From NCBI GenBank assembly GCA_963713655.1, contig CAVQMT010000044.1, positions 6,686-70,685 on the forward strand: 64,000 nucleotides of DNA. Reading direction: 5' to 3'. This document shows, piece by piece, positions 31,671 through 42,068 of this stretch (positions are counted from its first letter, which is position 1; every line of letters starts with the position of its first letter). Made by a program: the position numbers and the translations under genes. Source of the stretch: an uncultured Acidobacteriota bacterium (GTDB lineage Bacteria > Acidobacteriota > Vicinamibacteria > Vicinamibacterales > UBA2999). The notes below the pieces were generated by a model. The model did not search any database and was not told the origin of the DNA. It worked only from the letters and a program-made list of their open reading frames with translations.

Positions 31671-32543
31671 GTGCGTGTGCCCCTGAAACGCCTGGGCCTT
31701 CACGCGCTCGCGCTGACGGCGATCGTCGCTCTGCCGCTGCTGCTACTGCCAGCGTCCTGCAGCGCGCCGCCGCTCGAAGCTCCCGCGCCGGCTGCGACAG
31801 GCGCCGGCGAGGTTTCGCCCGCCGGGGCCGAGCCCGTGAGCGCGCTGGCTCCCGCCAATCTGGCCAAGGCACGTCCGGCCGCGCCCTTCAGCGTGACCGG
31901 CAACTGGTTCATCGACGTCAGCCAGAACCCCGACGCGTGGCGGTTCGGGCCGCCGTATCCGGCCCTGAAACCGGGCGCGCAGAAACACGCCGACGCCTCC
32001 AAGAAGGCCACGGCCGAGGGCAAGGTCTATCGCGACGACATCGGGCAGTGCTGGCCGGCCGGCCTGCCGCTCATCATGACCCGCTACTGGCCGATGGCGA
32101 TGATCCAGCTGCCGACGGCGATCTACATGGTCAGCGGCTTCATGAACAGCCTCCGCATCGTCTATCTGGACGGCCGCAGCCACACCCCCGAGGACATCGT
32201 CGTGCGCACGTTCAACGGCGAGTCGATCGGCCGTTGGGAAGGCGACACGCTGGTGGTGGACACCCGCCATTTCCGCGCCGACCACCACTGGATGGACCAG
32301 GGCGGCGTGTCGATTCCGGCGGGCGAGCAGCTGCGCATCGTCGAGCGCATCAAGTCGGTGAGCGACGGCAAGCAGCTCGAGATCGAGTACACGATGACCG
32401 ACCCGGAAAACTGGGACGGCGAATGGAAGAGCACCAAGCGCTTCAACCGGGTGGACGACGTGGACATCCAGGAAGTGTCGTGCCTGCCCGACTTGAACGA
32501 GCACCTGCAGAGCACGACGTCGAAGACGCAGGTGCTGCAGTAG
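31671..32543 (+). CDS. Secreted (possible lipoprotein) uncharacterised protein, paralog A2
   Basis: GTG 31671 lies 1 nt after the upstream stop. LLLLPASC is lipobox-like. It shares the A1 motifs VTGNWFID, GQCWPAG, VYLDGRSH and GRWEGDTLVVDTRHF. Confidence 0.7.
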   Translation: MRVPLKRLGLHALALTAIVALPLLLLPASCSAPPLEAPAPAATGAGEVSPAGAEPVSALAPANLAKARPAAPFSVTGNWFIDVSQNPDAWRFGPPYPALKPGAQKHADASKKATAEGKVYRDDIGQCWPAGLPLIMTRYWPMAMIQLPTAIYMVSGFMNSLRIVYLDGRSHTPEDIVVRTFNGESIGRWEGDTLVVDTRHFRADHHWMDQGGVSIPAGEQLRIVERIKSVSDGKQLEIEYTMTDPENWDGEWKSTKRFNRVDDVDIQEVSCLPDLNEHLQSTTSKTQVLQ

Positions 32544-32563
32544 TGATCGAAGGAGGTCGTGTG

Positions 32564-34361
32564 ATGTGTTCGCGCGCGCGGTGTGCTGCTGCTTCTGGCG
32601 GTGCTGGCCGCGTCGGGTGGCAACGCCTTCGGGCAGGTGAGCCTGGTCGGGGATTGGACGGGCCGTTACCACGAGGATCAGCCCGACCGGGTCCCCGGGA
32701 TCGAGCCCAACGACTACTCGGGCCTTCCGGTCAACGAGGCGGCCCGGATGTTCGCCGACAGCTGGGATGTGGAGCGGACGACGGTGCTCGAGCACCAGTG
32801 CCAGCCCTACACCATGCCGTACCTGTTTCACGGCCCGCTGCAGTTCCGGGTGTGGGAGGAGCGGCAGCCGGACACGCAGGAGTTCCTGGCGATCAAGTTC
32901 TACATCGGTACCTATCAGCAGTGGCGCACGATCTGGATGGACGGCCGCCCGCACCCGCCGGAGTACGCGCCCCACACCTTCATGGGGTTCTCGACCGGCG
33001 AATGGAACGGCGACATCCTCACCGTCACCACTACCCATATCAAGGCGGGCTACTTCCGCCGCAGCGGCATCCCCAACAGCGATCGCACCACGCTGGTCGA
33101 GCACTTCATCCGCCACGGCAACGTGCTGTCGCACGTGACCATCGCCACCGACCCGGTGTATCTGACCGAGCCCTACATCCGCAGCCAGGAATTCGTGCTG
33201 ATGGAGCGCAACAACACCAACTGGCTCTACAACTGCGAATACGTCAACGAGATCCCGCGCCCTCGACACCAGGTGCCGATGTTCCTGCCGGGGAAGAACC
33301 CATGGCTGGCCGAGGTCGGTGCCAAGTACGGGATGCCGCAGGAGGCGGTGCGCGGCGGGGCGGCGACGACGCGGCCCGAATACGCGGAGACGATTCGCTC
33401 GGGCAAGGCGGCGCGCGCGGAAGGCGTGCCGGTGCCGGCCGTGCCGGAGCAGGTGGCGCTCACAGCTGACGCGCGGCCGGGCACCGTGCCCGCCGGCGAG
33501 GTGCGCACGATGCACGTGCAAGGGAACGTGCACATGATCGTCGGCGCCGGCGCGAACGTCGCCGTACAGGTGGGGCCCGACGGCGTGGTGGTCGTGGATA
33601 CCGGCGGCGCCGGGATGGGCGAGAAGGTGCTGGCCGCGATCCGGCAGCTGTCCGACAAGCCGATCCGCTGGATCATCAACACCACATTCCGCCCGGATCA
33701 CATCGGCGGCAACGAGCCGATTGCCTTCGCCGGCCGCACCGTGAACGGCAACGTGGCCGCGGTGGTGTCGCACGAGAACGCCAACGCGCACATGATTGCG
33801 GCCAAGGTGCCCGACCAGGCGCGGCCCTACAACACCTACTTCGAGCCGACGCGCGATTTCCCCTACAACGGCGAGGCGGTGATGCTCTATCACGGCGGCG
33901 CCGCGTCGAGCGACGCCGACACGATGGTGTTCTTCCGGCGCTCCGACGTGATCGTGGCCGGCGACTTGTTCTCCACCGCTGCGTATCCGGTGATCGACCT
34001 GCCGAACGGCGGCAGCGTCGCCGGCTCCATCGCCGCGCTGAACCAGATCCTCGAGATGGCCGTGCCCAGCAAGTACCTGGCGGAGGGCGGCACGCTGATC
34101 ATCCCGGGGCACGGTCGCATCTGCGACGAGTCCGACGTGGTCGAATACCGCGACATGCTCGTGATCGTGTCGTCGCGTGTGCGCGACATGGTGGAGCGCG
34201 GGATGACGCTGGAGCAGGTGAAGGCGGCCCGGCCGACGCTGGACTACGACGGCCGCTACGCGACGCCGTCCGGCCCCACGTCCACGGCCGGCTTCGTCGA
34301 GGCGTTGTATAACGACGCCGTCGCGGCCCGGCGCAACACGTCGGCGGGTGGCGCGCGATGA
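32564..34361 (+). CDS. Secreted fusion of an A-family-related N-domain and a metallo-beta-lactamase-fold C-domain with a degenerate HxHxDH motif
   Basis: AGGAGG RBS 7 nt before ATG 32564, with one frame hop inside the (CG)n run at 32571-32580. N-domain motifs are LVGDWTG, HQCQPY, IWMDGRPHP and GEWNGDILTVTTTH. The C-domain has VVVDTGG and INTTFRPDHIGGN (33675-33713). Confidence 0.7.
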
Positions 34362-35334
34362 GCGTACGGACTGTCCGGATCATCCGGCTCACTGTTGGCC
34401 GCGGCCTTCGGCGCCGCCCTGGCCTGGACCGCCGCGGGTCCGATGTCGACGACGCTGGCGCAGCAGGCGCCGGCACAGGGGCCGGGCGCGGCGCGCGGCC
34501 GCGGGGCGCCGCCGGCTCCGCGCACGGGGCGGGAGCTGGCGCCCATCGACCTGACCGGCAACTGGGTGGCGATTGTGACCGAGGACTACCGCTGGCGGAT
34601 GGTCACGCCGCCGAAGGGCGACGTCTCCAGCATCCCGATCAACGCCGAGGGCCGCAAGGCCGCCGAGGCATGGGATCTGGCCAAGGACAACGCCGCGAAC
34701 CTGCAGTGCAAGGCGTTCGGTGTCGCCGGCATCATGCGCCAGCCGGGCCGCTTGCGGGTCTCGTGGGACGACCCGGCGACGCTGAAGCTCGAGTTCGACG
34801 CCGGCACGCAGACGCGGCTGCTGCACTTCGACGCCACGCCAGCGCCGGCGGAGCGCACCTGGCAAGGACATTCCGTTGCGGTGTGGGAAGGGCCCGGGCG
34901 TCGGCCGGGGTGGGGAAATCGCGCCCGGCAACGTCAACGCCGTGGCGCGCGGCGGCCAGGTGGTGGTGCCGGGCGGCGGCGGGCAGGGGCTCCGCGGCGG
35001 ACCGCCGCCGCGTGGGCAGGCGTCGATCCTGCGCGGCGGCTCGCTGAAGGTCACCACCACGCAGTTTCGCGAGGGCTACCTGCGCAAGAACGGTGTGCCC
35101 TACAGCGAGCAGGCCACCATCACGGAGTACTTCCACCGTCTGCCGCCGCATCCCAACGGCGACGAGTGGCTCCACGTGACGACGATCGTGGACGACCCCC
35201 GCTACTTGACGCAGCCGTTCTACACCAGCACGCATTTCAAGCGGGAAGCCGACGGCACGAAATGGAACCCGGCGCCGTGCGCGACGCCGGCGCCGCTGCC
35301 AGTCGCGGAGCGGCCGCGTCCGGCCGCCCGCTGA
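34358..35334 (+). CDS. Secreted A-family-related protein with a Gly-rich insert
   Basis: ATG 34358 overlaps the upstream stop (ATGA). Contains LTGNWVAIV, LQCKAF, REGYLRKNGVPYSEQATITEYFHR and DDPRYLTQPFYTSTHF, which parallel the 32564 N-domain. Frame hops occur near 34390 and 34890. Confidence 0.55.
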
Positions 35335-35377
35335 ACACTTGATCGAGTCGGTCGACGTTCGCGAAGGAGGGCCAAGG

Positions 35378-35854
35378 ATGCGGAGTGTTGAACGGACCCT
35401 GGTCGGCAGTCTCGCGCTGCTGATGGTGGCGGCGTTGCCGATCGTGGCGCAGGCGCAGGCGTCGTTTGCGGGCACCTGGGAGCTGGACCGCTTCAAGTCG
35501 GTCTACGAGCCGGCGGCCACCCAGCCGCAGCGGCGGGTGGTGACGCTGGAGGTGAAGGGCGACGACATCGTGTCGAGGGCGCAGACGTGGCGCGGCGACG
35601 CGGTGAACGAGGTGGTGATCACCGCCAAGCTGGACGGCAAGGAGTATCCGGTGCCGAACCAGCCCGCCACGGTCACCTTCAAGCGGTCGAATCCGACCAC
35701 CATCGTGCGGACGGCGATGCTCAGCGGCAAGCTGACCGAGACCCAGACCTGGGCGCTGTCGGCCGACGGCAAGGTGCTGACCATCACCTCCGACGGCACC
35801 GACGCGCAGGGCACGCCGATCAAGAGCAAGCAGCACTACGACCGCAAGAAGTAA
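35378..35854 (+). CDS. Small secreted lipocalin-like beta-barrel protein
   Basis: GAAGGAGG RBS and a signal peptide (LALLMVAALPIVAQAQA). FAGTWELD is a GxW motif. The rest shows an alternating strand pattern. Confidence 0.6.
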   Translation: MRSVERTLVGSLALLMVAALPIVAQAQASFAGTWELDRFKSVYEPAATQPQRRVVTLEVKGDDIVSRAQTWRGDAVNEVVITAKLDGKEYPVPNQPATVTFKRSNPTTIVRTAMLSGKLTETQTWALSADGKVLTITSDGTDAQGTPIKSKQHYDRKK

Positions 35855-35900
35855 CGGTCACCTACTCGCTGCTATCCCCGGGCGGCCGCCTCCTGTGGCA

Positions 35901-35921
35901 TTGTGTCGGTCACCGACACAA
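35901..35921. promoter_or_regulatory. Perfect 21-bp palindrome TTGTGTCGGT-C-ACCGACACAA at the PadR gene start (candidate PadR operator)
   Basis: Direct reading. It ends 2 nt before ATG 35924 and overlaps the alternative GTG 35903. Confidence 0.5.
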
Positions 35922-36253
35922 CGATGAGCCGGCCACCCGACCTCGTCCAGGGCACGCTCGACGCGCTGATCCTGCGGACCCTGTCGCACGGCTCCCTGCA
36001 CGGTCTGGCGGTGGCGCAGCGCCTGCGCGCTCAATCGGCCGACGTGCTCGGCGTCAGCCGCGGGTCGCTCTACCCGGCGCTCCACAAGCTCGAGCAGCAA
36101 GGCCTGCTGCGGGCGGAGTGGCGTCTGTCGGAGAGCGGCAAGCGCGCCAAGTACTACTCGCTGACGCGCGCGGGCGGCCGCCAGCTGGCGAAGGAACTCC
36201 GGGACTGGGAGCGGCTGTCCACCGCGATCTCGATGGTCCTGAAGCCGGGCTGA
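35903..36253 (+). CDS. PadR family transcriptional regulator
   Basis: LVQGTLDALILRTLSHGSLHGLAVAQRL...GSLYPALHKLEQQGLLRAEW...KRAKYYSLTRAG is a canonical PadR winged helix. The likely true start is ATG 35924. Confidence 0.85.
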   Translation: MSVTDTTMSRPPDLVQGTLDALILRTLSHGSLHGLAVAQRLRAQSADVLGVSRGSLYPALHKLEQQGLLRAEWRLSESGKRAKYYSLTRAGGRQLAKELRDWERLSTAISMVLKPG

Positions 36254-36262
36254 GGAGGACGC

Positions 36263-38930
36263 ATGACGCGATGGCTGGGCCGATGGTCGCGCGTGCGGGA
36301 CGTCTGGCGCCGCTCGCGCCTGGATCGCGACATCGACGACGAACTGCGCTTCCACATCGAGGAAGAGAGTGGAAGCCGGCCTGCGGGCGGGGCTGACGCC
36401 CGGCCAGGCGCGCCGCGCAGCGGAGGAGAGCCTGGGGGCCGGACCGCTGGTGACGCGCGAACAGATCCTCGACGCGCGGGGCGCTACGGCGCTGGACGAG
36501 TTCACGCGCGACGTTCGCCACGCGGTCAGGTTCCTGGGGCGGAATCCGGGATTCGCGGCAGTGGTCCTGGCGACGCTGGCCGTCGCCATCGGCGCGGCGG
36601 TCGCCGCCTTCAGCGTCACCGACGCGTGGCTGTTCAGGCCGCTGCGCTTTCCCGACGCGGACCGCCTGGTGGTCGCGTTCGCCGCCGCGCCCGCGCGGCC
36701 CACCGAGCCGGCGGTGTGGATGCCATACCGCGCCTACCGTGCGTGGCAGAAGGACGCACGGTCGTTCGCCTCCGTTTCGGGGGCGTTCTTTCAAGGTGCC
36801 ACCTACCGCACGGCGACCGACGCGATGTCGATCGTTGGCATGCGCGTGACCCCCGAGTTCTTCGACACGTTCGCCATGCCGCCGCTGCGCGGCCGCGGGC
36901 TGACGCAGGCCGACGTGGGCGGCCCGGACGCGGTGGTCATCAGCCATGGCTTCTGGCAACGGCCTCGGCGGGTCCGAGAACGTGGTTGGGACGACGCTGA
37001 CGCTGAGCGAGGTCCCGTACACCGTCGTCGGCATCATGCCGCCGGGCTTCGACGTCAGGCTGCTGGATCAGGCGGAGGGGGCGGCGTTCTGGACGCTGCT
37101 GGGCGCCAGCGATCCGGGTTACGGCCCCGACGGGATCGGCCCCGTGGCCATCGTCGCCCGAGTGAGGGCCGGCGTGACCATCGCGGCGGCGAGGGCCGAA
37201 GCGGCCGCGATCACGCGCCGCGCCGAGTCGGTCTACGCCCGCAACTTCAACCAGTTCATCGTCAACCTCAGCTCGCTGCAGGCGGACAACACGCGCTCGG
37301 TGCGCGTCACGCTCGTGACCGTGCTGGCGGCGGCGATCTGCCTGCTGCTCATCGCCGCGATCAACGTCGGCGCCTTGCTCCTGAGCCGGGGGCTGGCCCG
37401 GCGCAGCGAGGTGGCGGTCCGCCATGCGCTCGGGGCGGCCCGCGCGCGGCTGGTGCGGCAGTTCCTGACGGAAAGCTTCGTCCTGTCGGTGTGCGGCGGC
37501 GCCCTCGGCCTCGGGGTTGGCCACCGTGGCAACGCGGCTCTTCCTGGCGTGGAACCCGCTCGGCACGCTGCCGGCCAACGGCGTGCAGCTGGACTTTCGC
37601 GCGCTGGCCGCGGCGGCCATCGCGATGACGCTGACGACGGTCGTCAGCGGCCTGGTGCCGGCCCTGCAGGTCTCGTCGGGCGCGCCCGCCGAGGCGCTCC
37701 GGTCGGGTGGGCAGCCGGGCCGCTCGACCGCGCCGATTCGGCGTGCGCAGAACCTGCTGCTGGCGGCGCAGGTGGCGGTGTCGCTGGTGCTCCTGGTGTG
37801 TTCAGCCCTACTGGCACGCACGTTCGTTCAGCTTCGATCCGCGCCGCTCGGCTTCGCCTTCGATGATCTGACCGTCGCCACCGTGGTGCTGCCGCGGATG
37901 CCGTTCGATTCCAGCGCGGCCCGCAACGCCTACTTCGCCAGGCTCGAAGCCAGGCTCCTGGCCCTCCCCGGCGTGGCGAAGGTGGCCGCATCGACGACGC
38001 CGCCGCTCGACCGGCGGGGGAGTGGCCAGCGTGAACCTTACGGCGGCGGACTCTATCTCCGCGCCCCGCATCAGCCTGTCCGAGGTGACGCCGGGATTCT
38101 TCGATGCGCTGGCGGTTCCGCTGCTCGCCGGCCGGTCCTTCGATATCCAGGACAGTGCGCGCGGTGTGCCGGTGGTGGTTCTCAACGCGCGCGCCGCCAC
38201 CGATCTCTTTGGCAGCCCGGCGGCCGCCGTTGGACAGCGCCTGCGGCTGAACGACGAGCCCTGGCGACAGGTGGCGGGCGTCGTGGGCAACGTGCGAACC
38301 ACCTTCTTCAACACGCTCGAATGGCGCACCGACCCCGCGGTCTATCGCCCGTCGGCACAAGGGTTCTCGCAAATCGGCAGCCTGTCGGCGGCCAGCTTCT
38401 CGCTGTTCATACACATCCGCGCCAGCCGGCCGCTGCCGGCGGCCGAGATACGGCAAGCGGCCCTGGATGCGGACCCCGCGGCCGCCGTCGTCGAGGTGCG
38501 CCGGCTGCCGGCCATGGTCGCAGACGCGACCAGGCAGCCGACGTTCCGGATGACGCTGCTGCTCTGGTTCAGCGGACTCACCCTGTTGCTGGCGGCCATC
38601 GGCGTCTACGGGCTGGTGGCGCAGACGGTCAATCAGCGCCTGCGCGAGATCGCCGTCCGCATGGCGTTGGGTGCCGCGCCACGCACCGTGATGGCCGCGC
38701 TGGTCCGCGGCGCCATGACCGCGAGCCTCGCCGGGCTGGCGGCCGGCATCGTTGCGGCGCTGGGCCTGGCCCAGGCGCTCCAGGGGTTGCTCTACGGCGT
38801 GCAGCCCCGCGACGGGGCGGCGCTGCTCGGAGCGGTGGCGCTGCTCCTGGCCGTCACCGCCGCGGCGGCCTGCGTGCCGGCGTTGCGCGCCACGCGCGTC
38901 GATCCGGTGCGAGTGCTGCGTGGCGATTAG
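36263..38930 (+). CDS. ADOP-family duplicated orphan permease (two FtsX/MacB-like halves); at least 4 apparent frameshifts
   Basis: The N-terminus RLDRDIDDELRFHIEE is typical of ADOP proteins. Two MacB_PCD/FtsX halves are present. It ends in RATRVDPVRVLRGD. It follows PadR, as is usual in Acidobacteria. Frame hops occur near 36370, 36960, 37515 and 38010. Confidence 0.85.
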
Positions 38931-39105
38931 GACACGCTCTACCACCCCAGCAGGCAGCGACGCCCTGCTTGACTGTTATGTCCAGCGTGCTGATGGGCGC
39001 CGGGTAACGTCCTCATCACGTTGGGGTCGGCCTACGCCTGGACGATCGTCGGCGTGACGCTGGCCGTCGCTCTGACCGTCGCCGGCCTACCGGGAGGGCG
39101 CCCGC

Positions 39106-39445
39106 TTGAAGCGGCTCCGTGAGGCCGTCTCGGAGCCGGCCTTTCCCGAACTCGACGACCTGCTGCAGCACCGTGCCCGGGTCGGCGCCGCCGTGCTGCT
39201 GGCGCGGCACGATCGGCTGTCGTTCAGCCGCCTCAAGGAGCTGCTGAACGAGACCGACGGCAACCTCGGCGCCAACATGCGAAGGCTCGAGGACGCGGGC
39301 TACGTCAACGTCCGCAAGGAATTCCAGGACCGCCGGCCGGTGACTTGGTACGCGCTGACGCCGAAGGGCAGGCGGGCCCTGTCGCAGCACCTGACCGGCC
39401 TGGGACAGCTCATCGAGCGCGCGCGCGGAAAGGCACTGCCGGTGA
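39106..39445 (+). CDS. Small winged-helix transcriptional regulator (HTH_34/ArsR-like)
   Basis: Contains HRARVGAAVLLARHDRLSFSRLKELLNETDGNLGANMRRLEDAGYVNVRKEFQDRRPVTWYALTPKGR. The stop at 39443-39445 is reached only if one hop is assumed in the GCGCGCGCG run near 39420. Confidence 0.6.
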
Positions 39446-39882
39446 TCGACCTGAACCTCGCGTTTCTCGGCTGGCTCCACACCGTTGCGTGCGCTGGTCG
39501 CGATGGCGGCATTCGTGCCGGTGATGCTGGCGCGAAAGGGCAACCGGCGGCACCGGGTTTCGGGCCGCGTCTACGCCGTCGCCTACGTCGGCTGCTTCGC
39601 GCGCTTCTCTCGCGCAATTCTGGTATCGCCTTGGCCGGGATCTGCCGAACTGGCCGTGCCGGCGCTGGCACTGCACGGCCGAGTACGCGCGGGCACGTCT
39701 GCTGCCGACCACGCCTGATCGCCGATCGTCAACGGCCGCCGTACCGGCGTCGCGGAGCATTGCGAGCTGGCAGGCCTCGATCACTGCTGGCGTCGCCATG
39801 CGTTCATGAGCGACAGCCGTGGTCGCTACGGCGTCAGGACTGATCATTCTGGCACTCGGTGACATCGTCCTCGACTTTCTGA
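39442..39882 (+). CDS. Possible DUF2306-like membrane protein, heavily frame-disrupted
   Basis: The GTG start overlaps the regulator stop (GTGA). Fragments include LVAMAAFVPVMLARKGNRRHRVSGRVYAVAYV and LIILALGDIVLDFL. Frames and the 3' end are unclear. Confidence 0.3.
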
Positions 39883-39893
39883 ATTCGAGTGTC

Positions 39894-40919
39894 CTAGCCG
39901 GTCCGCGCGGGCTCCCAGCGCAGGCCCAGCGCGATGATGCGCTCGAGCAGCCGCTCGTAGGACGATGCCGGCCCGCTCGGCCGACTCCGCGAAGTCCTCG
40001 CCGTAGGCGAGGTTCGGGTTCGGGTTGGCGTCGAGCACGTAGGGGCGGCCGTCGCCGTCCAGGCGGATGTCGATGCGCGCGTAGCCGTTGAGGTCGAGCG
40101 CGCGGTAGGCGCGCTTGGCGAGGCGTTGGATGGTGCTCGACGACTTTGTCCGGCGAGCTCGGCGCGCTCGGTCATGATGCCGTGGCGCTTCTGGTACCGC
40201 GTGCTCCACTTCACGCGCTCGGTGGCGATGCGCCAGCGGTTGTCCGCCATGCCGGCGAACGACATCTCCCATACCGGCAACACCTCCAGCCGCTCGTTGC
40301 CGAGGACGCCGACGTAGAGCTCGCGGCCGTCGATGAACTGCTCGACGATGGCGGCCGTGCTCCAGGCTTTCGTGGACGAAGGTGACGCGCTTGGCCAGCT
40401 GCTCGTCGTTCTCGACCACCGACGCCTGCGAGATGCCGGTGGACGACTCGAAGAACAACGACTTCACGATCAGCGGAAACCCGAGCTTGCGCGGCAGCAC
40501 GGGCTTGCGGCCGGGCCGCACGACCGTGAAGTCCGGCACCGGCACGCGGTGGTAGGCGAGCAGCTTCTTCGACAGCGCCTTGTCGCGCGCCAGGATCAGG
40601 CCGCGCGGGTTGCAGCCGGTGTAGGGCAGGCGCAGCAGCTCCAGGTAGCTGACGACGTTCTGATCGAAGGTGGTGACGCCGGCGAACGCCTCCAGCAGGT
40701 TGAAGACGATGTGCGGCTTGAACGACGCGACGGTGGGCGCGGATGCCGCTGCAGGTCGTCGTGGACGCCGCGCACGCGCACCTCGTGGCCCATCTCGCGC
40801 AGCGTCTCGATGACGTCGAACTCCATCTTCCACTCGGCCTCGCGCACGTCGATGCCCTTGGTGTGCGCGGGGCGGCACCAGGTGGTCGTGCACGAGCGCC
40901 AGGACGCGGCGTCTTCACA
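39894..40919 (-). CDS. ATP-grasp enzyme of the D-alanine--D-alanine ligase family; about 5 apparent frameshifts
   Basis: Contains VLALVHDHLVPP, FKPHIVFNLLEAFAGV, LRLPYTGCNPRGLILARDKALSKKLL, FPLIVKS, VEQFIDGRELYVGVLGNE and GYARIDIRLDGDGRPYVLDANPNP. The GTG start overlaps the upstream stop (GTGA). Confidence 0.75.
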
Positions 40920-41958
40920 GGAACAGCCGGTGGCCGCCGCTGTGCAGGTAGTTCATCGCCTGCACGGTGAGGAGCACGGTGAACTCCTGCCGCGCGGTGT
41001 CTTCGGGAACGCGCCAGCCGCAGCCGCAGCTCGCGGCAGCGCGCCGTCATGTCCTCGAGCACCTGATCGATCGTGTACTGGTAGATGCCGGTCCAGCCGG
41101 CCACCGCCTTGCGCACCGGCCGCCGGATGCGGGCGATGAACTGCGCCGCCGTGGGGTTGGCGCTGAACTCGGGCTCGTCCGAGAAGATGCGCCGCAGGTC
41201 GCGGTCGTAGAAGTTCGGATAGTCCACGCCGTAGTGGCGACGCTTGGTGCGGTAGTGCTGGCGCAGCGTCTTCCGCAGGCTCGGCAGCGGATCGATCTCG
41301 GCCGGGTTGTCCACGCGCGGCGGCTGCGCCTTGCAGCGATGCCCATCAGCTGGTCCATGTATTCCAGCTTGCGCAGCGCCGGCCAGCCGGCGTAGCGCTG
41401 GCGCCACTCGCTGTTCGGCGTCAGCCACACCGCGAACGTCTCGGCAAAGTCCTCGTCGGGATGGCTCTGCGCGTACCACGCGTCGAGGTGCAGCACGAAG
41501 CTCTTGCTGTACGGCTTCGGCGTGTAGAACTCCGGATACGGCTCGGACGGCGAGCCGAACACCTCGCGCCGCTGCCGGCGCAGGCGGAGGCGGTAGGCGT
41601 TGTCGATGGCGTGGCCGGCCTCGTGGCGCAGGATGCGCATGCCCCACTCGTGCTCGCCGCCCTCGACCTCGAGCATCTGCGCCTCCTCGAGCTTCTCGAG
41701 CCGCGGGTGCGCCAGATAGAAGGGGACGGCGATCGGCCGTCGCGCCGTCGGGCGTGAACCACTCGTCCGACAGATAGAAGTGCAGCGGGAAGCGCGAGGC
41801 CGCGCGCTCGCCATCTCGTCGCGCAGCTGGGCGATGCGGGCGGCCAGCGTGCCTTCGATGGCGATCGGCAGGTCGGCCATCCGGACGTCGAGGAGCGCGT
41901 CGTCCGAGAGGCTTGCCCAGTCTGCGGTCAGCGGCCGGCGCGGCATCCGAACGTCCAT
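40915..41958 (-). CDS. Putative zinc metallopeptidase (HExxH) of the type commonly paired with ATP-grasp ligases; at least 4 apparent frameshifts
   Basis: Contains FPLHFYLSDEWFTPDG, VPFYLAHPRL, MRILRHEAGHAIDNAY and HPDEDFAETFAVWL. It ends in NYLHSGGHRLFL, with the stop at 40915-40917. Confidence 0.7.
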
Positions 41959-42024
41959 TGTATTAGCGCATCCGTCCCGCGCCGCGCGACGCTGGTCCCA
42001 CACGCTTTTGCACGGGGGACGGGC

Positions 42025-42033
42025 TGCTACACT
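42025..42033 (+). promoter_or_regulatory. Extended -10-like element TGCTACACT upstream of the M3 peptidase
   Basis: TGnTAnnnT pattern 36 nt before ATG 42069, with a GGGAG RBS in between. Confidence 0.3.
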
Positions 42034-42068
42034 AGAAGCCTGTTGTACCTCAACCGGGAGCCGCTTTC

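Noticed and set aside
30429-32543. The two roughly 0.8-kb near-duplicate genes (30429-31241 and 31671-32543) as copies of a mobile element.
   Set aside because: There are no terminal inverted repeats, no transposase or integrase motifs and no target duplications. Both encode signal-peptide proteins of the same family as their neighbours. This is gene-family expansion, not an insertion sequence.
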